Positions 27,353 through 37,929 of a stretch of DNA of 64,000 nt are shown here, in pieces. Position 1 is the first letter of the stretch. Each line of letters starts with the position of its first letter. This DNA is from Eledone cirrhosa (Eukaryota). Made by a program: the position numbers and the translations under genes. The stretch is from the NCBI GenBank assembly GCA_964016885.1, contig OZ024741.1, positions 217,558,001-217,622,000 on the forward strand, written 5' to 3'. The notes beneath the pieces were generated by a model. That model was not told where the DNA came from and ran no database searches. It saw nothing but the letters and a program-made list of their open reading frames with translations.

Positions 27353-30300
27353 ATGACCATGCTATAAAATGGAGGGGTAGAGAGGGCCCATGTGTCCAGT
27401 AAGACATCCTCTCTAGTGCTGGTGGCATGAATAAAAGCACTCAGTCCATGCAGTAAAGTGGTGCTGGTGTAAGGAAGGGCATCCAACCAGTAGATATACG
27501 ACTGCCAAAAACTATGAACACAACAAATGAGAATTGCAACAACTGCGTTAACAGCAATAACACTAATCATGTTAGAGCTGCACACGGTAGTGGGGTGGCT
27601 GGTGAGCCCATGTGCGAGAACCTCCCGACTGTCATCAAGCAATCACACTACAGGAAAAGGAACAAGAATATGAAGACGTCGCATCTCAGAGTTGCAACAC
27701 CTAATGTTGGCACTCTCACAAGTAGATCTGGTGAAGTAGTGGAGATGCTAGAGAAAAGGCATGTGGATGTGTGCTGCGTGAAAGAGGTGAGATGGAGAGG
27801 TGCCTCTGCGAGACTAATCGCAGGCAAACATCATAGTTATAAGCTTTTCTGGGTGGGTAATGATGAGGGGTTAGGGGGAGTAAGCATTTTCCTGGCTGAG
27901 AGATGGATCGATAAGACAATAGAGGTAGTTTGAGTTAGTAATAGAATGATTAAGCTTTGATTAGTTGTAGGCAAGAGACTACTGACAATCATCTCTGCCT
28001 ATGCTCCCCAGGCAGGCCTAGGTAAAGAAGAGAAAGACTGCTTTTACGAGCAGCTTTTACAAACAGCCGCAATGACAGAGGATGAAGACATCGTCATGCT
28101 AGCAGGGGACTTCAATGGTCATGTTGGACAGCTCCAGGATGGTTACACTGGAGTACATGGTGGGCATGGTTACGGCTCAAGAAATGAAAAAGGAGACTTC
28201 TTGAATTTTGTGATGCATTAACCATTTGCAACACTAACTTCCAGACACCTGTCAACCACCTAATAACCTACAAATCAGGCGAGCACATAAGCCAGATTGA
28301 CTTCTTGCTAGTTAGGCATCAAGACAGGCAGATGGTGTCAAATACCAAGGTATACCCCGGAGAAGAATGTACCCACAGCATAGGTTAGTCGTTAGTGATA
28401 TCTCAGTAAGCAAGAGACGGAATGAGACATACAGTAAGGTGTGGAGAAGAAAGGTCTGGAAGTTAAAAGAGCTTTCACTAAAATACAAATTTAGGAAAAC
28501 CCTTCAAGATGTGTATGACGAAAAAGAAGACAATGTAGAGTCATATGACATAGATGATAACCGGAATTTCTTACGTGACAACTTAACTGCAGGCTACTGA
28601 TGAAACTTGTAGCTGGAGCAGAGCTCCAATCAGACAGAGAGTGACCTGGTGGTGGAAAAATGGTGGGAGTAGAGAAGGATATACAGCCGCTAACAGAGAA
28701 GCTAGACGTTAGGTGTACTTAGCACGCAGGGAGGCTGAGAGTAGGAGGTTTGCGTCGGGAAGATCAGAGACGTGTGGTGTTCCGCATTGGAAGGCAGTGT
28801 GTCAGTGCAAATCAGGATGTTGTTGGAGATAAATGTGTCTGGAATGATGCCGGTGTACTTAGTGTCATGAATGATCAGAAGAAGGAGGTCTGGAAATGTC
28901 ATTGTGACAGACTGATGAATGTGGAGAACGAATGAGAGGGAGAGAAATTACCCTTAGATCCGACAGAGGGACCAGCTATTGAGATTGACGAATATAGGGT
29001 CCAAAAGGCGATTAAGGAAATGAAAAATGGTAAGTCCGCTGGACCATTGGGGATGGTTGCTGAGATGCTGAAGGCATCAGGGGACGTAGGCACTAAACTA
29101 GTTGCACGCATCATCAATCTGGCTATATATGGCGGTGTCATACCCAAAGACTGGTGCAGCAGTATTCTCATAAATTGCTATAAAGGTAAAGGGGATGCTC
29201 TGGAGAGGAGCAATTATAGGGTCATAAAACAGATGGATCAGGTTATGAAAGTGGCAGAAAGGATATTAGCGCAACTAATTAGAGAAAGGGTCAAACTAGA
29301 TGAGATGCAGTTTGGTTTTGTGCCTGGGAAAAGTACAACAGATGCCCTTTTCTTAGTGAGACAATTACAAGAGAGGTTCTTAGAGAAGAATAAGCCACTA
29401 TACTTAGCTTTTGTTGACCTAGAGAAGGCCTTTGATAGGGTACCCCAATCTGTCATCTGGTGGTCCCTAAGGAAACTAGGTATTGAGGAATGGCTTGTGA
29501 GGACTGTGCAAGCTTTGTACAGTAAAGTGAGGGTAGGAATGGAGTTTAGTGAGGAATTCCAGATACATTATAGTCCTCCAAGCCATAACAGAGGCGTTTA
29601 AGACTGGCTATCCATGGGAACTTCTCTATACTAACGGTCTGGTTCTTATAGCAGAATCAGTAGAGGAGCTAGAGAAAAAATTCTGGCTATGGAAACAGCA
29701 GTTGGAATCAAGAGGACTGAGAGTGAACCTAGCTAAGACAAAAGTGTTGAGTAAGAAAAGAGGACAAAACTCTGATTCCGTCAGGGAAATGGCCATGTTC
29801 GATATGCAGAAAAGGAACTGGCATAAATTCTATAAAATGTACACAATGCAGATCTTGGGTACACAAGAGATGTAGTGGGATAGCAGGCAAACTAACAGGT
29901 AGGGAGAAATACGTATGCTGTAGATGTACAGGGAAATTTGACAGAAGTCGTCGCATTGATGGACACATTTTTAAAATGCAGGTGGGTGCTATAAAAGTGG
30001 TTGATAGCTTCTGGTACCTAGGTGATCAGATTAGCATGGGAAGGGGGTGTTTCGAGGCCATAGTATCTAGAATAAGGATGGGTTGGAAGAAGTTTAGGGA
30101 GTTGCTTCCTTGCTGACGAAGAAGGGTTTCTCCCTGCGTACGAAAGGACGGTTATATGATGCCTGTGTGAGGTGCGCGATGTTGCATGGTAGTGAGACAT
30201 GGGCAGCAACTGCAGAGGATATGCGATGGCTGGAGAGAAATGAGGCAAGCATGCTTTGTTGGATGTGCAATGTCAATGTGCGTGAACGACCGAGCATGGA

Positions 30301-30617
30301 TGTGTTGAGAAAGAAACTGGGTATAAGAGGGATAAGTTGTGGTGTGTAGGAGAGAAGACTGAGATGGTATGGACATGTGATACGCATGGAGGATGACCGC
30401 TGGGTAAAGAAGTGCCAAGAAATCCCAGTAGAAGGAAGACGTAGTAGAGGAAGACCACAAAAAACATGGGCGGAGGTGGTGAGAGCAGACCCCAGATCGC
30501 TGAAACTCACGGAGGAGATGATAAAGAACCGTGACAAGTAGAGAGATGATGTGCTGAATAGGACACATCCCACCCTTGCAAGTAGGGAAAAGCGGACATA
30601 AAATGATGATGATGATA
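27353..30617 (+). mobile_element. RTE LINE copy 2, near full length, pseudogenised
   Basis: Collinear with 37930-41217, with many stops, frameshifts and deletions. YADD has mutated to YTNG. (GAT)n tail. Confidence 0.95.
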
Positions 30618-31402
30618 CATCACACTTAAAAAATATACGCATACATCTGACACATACAGCATTTTTACATTCTGATGGATCTCATATCTATCTATCCTTG
30701 GGCCCTTAACTTTGACAGAGTTGTGGGGACCACTGTAGTGATATGTTCTGTATCTTTGAGCATTTAATTCTCATGGAGCCATTCACTTGCCTGGTTTCAA
30801 CACAGCTGATTTCTTCCAGAGAAAGAGATAACTGAGAACAAAATTGACTTCAGTACATGATTTGTACTTTATTTATCGACCTCAAAAGAATGAAAGGCAA
30901 ATTTAACTTCAGAGGATAACAGAACTCCAGTACAGGACTGGTACTTTATTTATTGACCTCGAAAGGGTGAAAGGTAAAAATTGACCTCGGAGGAAGAATT
31001 GACCCCAGTAATGGACTGGTGTTTTATTTATCATCCATGAAACGATATATATATATATATATATATATGTAAATATTTATAAGTCGTTTGGAAGCCTCGA
31101 CAATGCAGATGGGTAAATCTCCGGGTAACAAGGTCCGGTGGTGGAGAGAGAGATATGTAAGTGGGTGTACGTTGAGATGCGTGGTGTGTATAAGATGTGT
31201 GAGATGTGTAGAATGAAGGGAAGAGTAAAAGAATAAAGATAATAATAACAACACAAGAGAGAGAGTTACCTTGGGAGAGATTTAATAGTCCCTATATATT
31301 TTGGATTCACATCCATCAACTGGGGTTTTTTCCGGGGTGGGGGGAAAAGGTTGTCTGTCGGACAACTCGGAACGCGTCTTTCGCTGTCTGTTGATTTGAA
31401 TA

Positions 31403-31437
<35 letters not shown>

Positions 31438-31442
<5 letters not shown>

Positions 31443-31645
31443 AACGAGTAGGACCCCGACGGCTGAGCTCAAGCCGTTTCGACGGCTAATTCTGGACCGG
31501 AATTCGGGTCCAGAATTAGCCGTCAAAACGGCTTGAGCTCAGCCGTCGGGGTCCTACTCGTTCCTATTACCCACTCTACTACCCTAAGTATTGAGTACTT
31601 TGGTGCGTTATGGTCCACCTGGTTCCTTACCACATTTCCTCTGTT
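31438..31645 (+). mobile_element. Fold-back PLE derivative inside (TA)n
   Basis: ~60-bp near-perfect arms at 31438-31567, followed by ACTCTACTACCCTAAGTATTGAGTACT. Flanked by TA repeats on both sides. Confidence 0.7.
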
Positions 31646-31657
31646 ATATATATATAT

Positions 31658-31989
31658 GGAAGCACATGGCTTAGCGGTTAGAGCATTGGGCTTGCAATCG
31701 AAAGGTTGTGAGTTCAATTCTCAGACCGGGTGATGTGTTGTTTCCTTGAGCAAGAAACTTTATTTCACATTGCTCCAGTTTACTCAGCTGTAGAAATGAG
31801 ATGATAGGGACTGGTGTCCCTATCATTCCACTGCAAAGTGGTCGTGGAGGTGCCATGGAAAAAAAGCACCCAGCACTCACTGTAAATGAGGTTGGTGTTA
31901 GGAAGGACATCCAGCTGTAGAAATCAAGCCAGAATCAGTTCCCGTCCCACCCTTGTAAGCAGGGAAAAGCGGACGTATGATGAAATGAT
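31658..31989 (+). mobile_element. Full-length tRNA-derived SINE family B with RTE 3' tail
   Basis: A-box TGGCTTAGCGG, B-box GTTCAATTC. Tail CCCGTCCCACCCTTGTAAGCAGGGAAAAGCGGACGTA matches the RTE end at 41153-41189. Confidence 0.9.
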
Positions 31990-32042
31990 ATATATAAAAT
32001 AAAATAAATAAGTCAAATATTTAAAATTTGGCTTCGTTTATT

Positions 32043-32097
32043 ACTGCTATATATATTTCAGTGACAGCCATCTTTAGCTGTGACCTCTTCAGGCAGT
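32043..32097 (-). ncRNA. Type I hammerhead ribozyme motif
   Basis: Minus strand ACTGC-CTGAAGA-GGTCACAGC…GCTGTCACT-GAAA-TATATATA-GCAGT. 5-bp stem I, 9-bp stem II with one mismatch, ATA triplet. Same strand as, and downstream of, the Naiad-type ORF. Confidence 0.75.
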
Positions 32098-33209
32098 CCG
32101 AATTGGTGTGGTAGAGACAGGTACACATGTTGTTGAGGTGTTTAACTTCGTCAATACTCCGATATGCCCAGTTCCTGGTTGGGTTGTTATTTCTCTGAGG
32201 AACTGGAATCATATGAATTCGAACAAACGAATTTCAGCATCAAAGGACACTCTCTCCTCCCATTGGTCAGTTGTGAGAACATTCCTCAGTCAAAAGTCTA
32301 TAGAAATTCTTTCTGAGGTTTGTTATTGTTAAGTACAGTTGACCTCCTCCCTTATGTTGGTGTTGGGGGTCAGCTTAAGGCCGGCTGCTGCTATTTTTAG
32401 AAGAATTTGTGTGTGTGTTTTGGCATCTATCCTGCCACCATTTTTCATGGTGGTGGTGGTGGGGAGGGGGTTGTGCCAAGCAGATGAAGAAATAAGATAA
32501 AGTAAAATGGGGAAATAAAAGGCAATAAAATGAATAAAATAAAAAAAAAATGAAGATAAAAATAAAATGAAATAAAAAGGTAAAAAAACTAAAAAATAAA
32601 GAAATAAAAAAGTAAAATAAAATACAATAAAATAAGAAAATAAATAAACAAAAAAATGATAAAATAGTAAAAGGAATAAGATAATAAAAGAATAAAATAA
32701 GATAATCAAATAAAATGCGTGTGTGTTATAACCAATCTCAAAGTTTGAAAGATTTGGAAGATATTGACCGAAGTTAAAGGCTGTGTCAGAATCAATCTTT
32801 ACACTATCATGGTGTGGTGCATTTTAAGAGCAAATGAGACAAGGGTGGAGTGTACTACCCCAGAACCCGGGTGTTAAAATCCGGAAATGCAGAGGACTAC
32901 AGTTCCCATTTTGGCATAGAGCTCATATGCGTGCATGTCAACTCACATCGTTCCAAGCACACACGCACAGGCACAGGCCCAGGTGCATCCCCTAAGCACA
33001 CACACACATTATACCCCCCCCCCCCCCCCACACACACACATTATAAACCCCCACACACACACACCCACATATACACACGTACACACACCCACCCGCATAC
33101 ACATGTAAGTATCTGTGCATGTACAATCTTAAATAACAGTATCTATGTATGGACATATGCATAAGTATGTGTTGTCACAGGAGTCGATCGAGGCAGAGGT
33201 ATGGTGGGG

Positions 33210-33520
33210 CTGCTGTTCTTATAGCTAGAGGGAAGTTCCCATCCCAATGTTTTGTTATTGCCCATATAGCTTGAGGAAGGTCCCGGCCCTGAGGTGTCTG
33301 CACGTCCCGGAGGGGTCCCTATAGCTTGAGGGGAGTTCCCAATCTAATGTGTTGTTACTGTCCATATAGCTTGAGGGAGGTCCCGGCCCTGAGGTGTCTA
33401 CATCTTCTGGAGAAGTGCCTATAGCTTTAGGGAAGTTCACATCCCAATGTGTTGTTACTGTCCATATAGCTTGAGGAAGGTCCCGGTCCTGAGGTGTATA
33501 CATGTCCCGAAGAAGTCAGT
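33210..33520 (-). repeat. ~95-bp tandem repeats of the PLE ORF 3' end
   Basis: About three units containing CCCAATGTGTTGTTACTGTCCATATAGCTTGAGGAAGGTCCCGG. Confidence 0.8.
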
Positions 33521-36150
33521 CCTGAGGTTTATCAGGCGGCTTCCATCTCTTAGTATCTCGAGGGTCTCGCTCAGACATAGTTTGCAGATGCCAGATCCCC
33601 CTTTATCAGGTGGTACTTTCCTGATTATGGACCAGGCCAGAGAGTACGGGGTCCTGTCCAGCTTGAGCTTCCAGATCAGTTCGGAAAGAGCCGTACTATT
33701 CCTTTTGTCCTCCCTATTGAAGGAATGATGATGGTTATACCATCGGTCTTTAAAGCTCGTTGATGTGGCTCCTATGTAAAGGTGTTCAGAGTTGGGGGTT
33801 TTTATTCTACATTTGTATATTAGGTTCTTCCTAAGGCATTCATTACTAAGGGGGCATAATTCGGGGTTTCTGCAGTTGCAGGAGGTGGTCGACCTCCGCG
33901 TACCTAGTGTGGGGTTCCCGTTACGTGTTATATGGTGGTCTTCCCCTGGGCCCGGTGGGGGGTCCTGGGTCTGTTTGGGTTTCCAGGGTGGGCACTGGGT
34001 CCATCCTTCTTTCCTTCCACATGGTTCTGCTGGGTGTTTATATTGCCAGCTTCTGGTTGTGTGTGGTTTTTAAGTCTACTCCTGTTGATGCTAGCTATGT
34101 GTTGGGCCACATTTCTCGTGGTAGAATATGAGAGCTTCACAGTGTGTCTGTTGAAGATCTTGTGGTATCTATGGTCTCTCGGGAAGCATTTATCAAGTGC
34201 TCTAAAGAATCAGCGGGACAAGCTGTTCTTTAGGGCTGCTGAGTAGGGTAGGTTGTACCACGTGATTTTTCTGCGTCTACTCCTATGTGGGTGGGTAGGG
34301 AGTGCCGTGGGCTGTTGGGGAGTTGTTGGGTTGCTGGTGGTTCCCGCATTGTTGCTTCCCCTTTGGGTGCTATGTGTTTTGCTACCTTCTCGGCCCGAAT
34401 CTGTGGGATGGTTGTTGCCCGTGCTGGGAGCTCTACAATGGGATGGTCCCCCGTCACCCCCTCCACGTGTCTTGTGGTTGGGGGCGTCGGGCCTGGGGTG
34501 GTTAGTATCACCCTTGAGACCGCTACTTGTATTGGGTTTCCTCCCATGGTTATGCGTACTGGTCCCCTTCGCCCATGTGGTGGTGTCGGGCTCATGGTGC
34601 TTAGCTGTTTCCATTCTGCCTGTATTGTTAGGGTTCGCCCCCTCCCGGAAACTGTTGGGCCATCCCCATCCTGGCGTCTCGGATTATATGATATATTTTG
34701 GCCATGTGCTGCCTTATTTAGAGCTGCATTGTAATACTCTGCATTGCTTCGAAGATTTCTTCATTTGCGGACAGGCTGGAGATCCTATCTGAGACACTCT
34801 TCACCACGGCCTTAGTTATGGATCTAGGGTGGTTTGACTTGGCGTTATCATACATAAGTTTCTCGTTGGGCTTGTGGTAGGAGTAATATTGCTCGGTGTT
34901 CAGGTTTAGGGTGGTGTCTAGGAAGTTAACTACCTTTCTATTTGGGTCTAGTTTGATACTGAGCCCCTGGTTCTTAAAGAAATGGCGAATACGCCTCTTC
35001 ATTCTATCCACCTTAGTGGTACTCTGGTCATAGACTGTGAAGAGAGCATCGTCACGATACAATCCGCCGCCCAGGCAGGGGATTTCATCTTTTATCTGCT
35101 TCAGCAGGAAGAGCCCAACCAGGTCCGTTACCTGTGCGGAGTCGCTGGAGCCCATCGTGATGTCAAAGTTATTTGGCCAATCACTCCTGGTCCAAAGGTC
35201 TCCATCGAAATGGATCAAGGTCTTTCGTGCGGCATGGATGATGCGCACCTCCTCTCGGGTTAGGTCCGTATTGGACATCGCTAAAAACAGGGCCTTATTG
35301 AGTACTTTAGGCGAGATTGAGGAGTAATAGCCTGCGATATCCAGTTGGATAAAGCTGTTCCTACTTTTCCCAGGTAGTATCTTAAACCATTCTATTACCT
35401 CTCCCGTGCATGACCATTGCTGTAATCTAGTTTTTTTTCCGAAGCTTGGGCAAAACCCTATCTAGTATGCTTTTACTGACGATCCCTAGGTCTGATCTGG
35501 AGGGGGCTATTAGTCTAACATGGAGGTTGGACTCAAAGATTGGCTTGTGATCTTTAAGGGTAATCCGTGGCTTCCTTGGTTGGTATGGAGCCGTCCTGTC
35601 CTCTATGCCGAGTCCGGATATAATCCTGTAAGCTGTGGCGTTGATCTCATCCAGGGTAAATCCAGGTGTTTTTTTGTAGCATTTCCTCAGTCCCTGAAAA
35701 TTAGCTTATTATACAGTTCAATGTCCATGTTGTAGAGGTTGTTGGTTTTGTTGGCATGGACAAGTATTCCAGTTGTCTCTTTAAGTATTGTAATCCGGTT
35801 TCCCAGGTGTTTGAGGTACTCCTGACTTCTGGGTGGGTTTCTGGAGAATTTGAGGTTGGAGATAATGTTAATCATCTCGTTTTCGAACTCCTCCATTATT
35901 CTGTTGTGGGGAAGGTTCCTCCTTGATCTAAAAAGGTACTCCATGTTTTGGGTGTTGGTAATTTTAGGCGTTCCTCTTTCAAAGTGGAACGCCTTCCATC
36001 TCATCCTACGGACAAGGGAGTCCGTACGCCTGATGAGATCACTGGTGTATTCCCGTTTGCCAGGTAGGGGCATATTCTTCAGTGACACCAAGGTTGCCAG
36101 TTTTTTCATAGTGACTTAAGTCCGCTACTGTTTGAAGCGCTCAACATGTG
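33455..36150 (-). mobile_element. Penelope-like retroelement, Naiad-type (RT plus GIY-YIG), frameshifted
   Basis: HANKTNN (DKT-type), ITMGSSDSAQVTDLVG, LYRDD, NFLD, ITWYNLPYS, CNCx5Cx5C linker, LIYK…YIG, CKLC. ATG at 36109, stop at 33455. TTGAGCGCTTC leader next to (TA)n. Confidence 0.88.
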
Positions 36151-36156
36151 GAGGAG

Positions 36157-36194
<38 letters not shown>

Positions 36195-36734
36195 ACAGGG
36201 AGAAAGAGACGATTATGAGGAAGAAAAATATATTTTTTTCCTTTTTTGTTTCTCTCTCTCTTTTTTGGGGGTTAGAAAATGATTAAAACGAAATGTTTTA
36301 CTTTGTGTGAAGTGTTAAGGTATTAGTTGATTTATTTATTATTTAACAATGGCATTTATTTTTCTGTTTATATATTTAATTATTGTCTATTACCGGTTTC
36401 AGCATTTATATGCATTATCAAATGATAGTGAAATGTATTAGTGTGGTGTCGCACATGTTAAACAGAAGGTGCAGAAAGAATAATGTTATATACAAACAAG
36501 GTTTAAGAAGTGAAAATAAAAAAGAAAAAGGAAAAAAAACGTGCATAATGTGGAACGTAAAAAGTCAATGTGGAAGAAAAAATAATGTTATTTACAAGCA
36601 AAGTCATTGAAGTTAAGCTGTTCAAAATGTATTAATAGAGATATGTACATTTATATATTTATATCTAGATATTGCTATCATCATTTACAGTCCCTCTGTG
36701 TTTAATGTATGTTCATTAGTATATGTGTTGTTAT

Positions 36735-37035
36735 TTCTGCTTGCATTTTGCATATATACATATATATAACTATATATATGCTTGCGTGGACCCCTCTCAA
36801 AATTCGTTGGATTTTCTAATTGGATACCCCAACACTGGATACCAACACTGAATACACCTGAACTTCTACCAGGAAATCTTTCGTTGTCATTTCTGCTTGC
36901 ATTTTACATATATAGATATATATATCAATGGTTGCGTGGACCCCTCTTAAAGATTCGTTGGATTTTCTAATTGGATACCCCGAAACTGGATACCAATCAC
37001 TGAATACACCTGAACTTCTACCAGGAAATCTTTCA
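36735..37035. repeat. ~150-bp direct tandem duplication
   Basis: TTTCTGCTTGCATTTT…TTGCGTGGACCCCTC…TGAATACACCTGAACTTCTACCAGGAAATCTTTC occurs twice. Confidence 0.85.
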
Positions 37036-37929
37036 TATCAGTGAAAATTTTCTTTTCTTTGCTTCATATATATTATATATACTTGGCCGCCATTGCAAAA
37101 GGCCATAAATTCAAAATTTTGAAGAGAGAGGAAAAGAGAGAAGTGATCTATGAACTTGTAACATCTCACTGACCCCCCCGTCACCACAATAACAATAACG
37201 CCTACACTCGCTCCCCACCATCACCACATTACTCTAAGGTCGCTGTCCTGTCCCCTGTTGACATACTGCTGACTATCTTTTGATGTATGTATGTGTATAT
37301 ACATATGTGTATGTGTGTGTATATGTGTATATCTCTGTGGATGCGACCAGATTTCAACACAGCAACAACAACTACAACAACAACAGCAGCAACACCAACA
37401 ACAACAACAACAGCAACAACACCATCGTCTGTGTTGAATGTGTGTGTATGTATTTGTATATATGCGACAGCAATAACAGCATCAACACCATTGTCTGCAG
37501 CAACAGCAGCAGTGAAATGAAGGACAACAACAACAGTAACAACTACAGCACCAACAACTGTCACCACCATCACTGACCATCCACCACCACCACGCTGATA
37601 CCATCCACCACCACCACACTGACACCATCCACCACCGCTATTACCAGCGTAAACAAACAATTATTATTGTTATTGTTATTATATACAAGCCGAACTGGAC
37701 TGGGAAAGGTCAACAGTTGACATGATAGTGATTTTGACGATTTTGACTTTGATTTTGATTTTGTATCAGTACTGTCGGTAATATATGTATATATATATAT
37801 GTGTTTGTGAGTTGTGTGTGTGATTGTATGCATGAATGAGTGTTGGTATGTGTGGTTGTGGTTTGTATGCATGAGTATTAGTGTGTGAGTCGTGTCAATA
37901 AGTTTTTTTTTTTTTTTTTTTTTTTTAAA

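Noticed and set aside
31658-31730. tRNA gene (also 14228-14320, 43930-44004)
   Set aside because: A and B boxes are present, but they are fused to SINE bodies and tails and form no convincing cloverleaf.
33455-33890. Selenocysteine in the Naiad-type element
   Set aside because: The linker and nuclease Cys codons that I read are all TGC/TGT.
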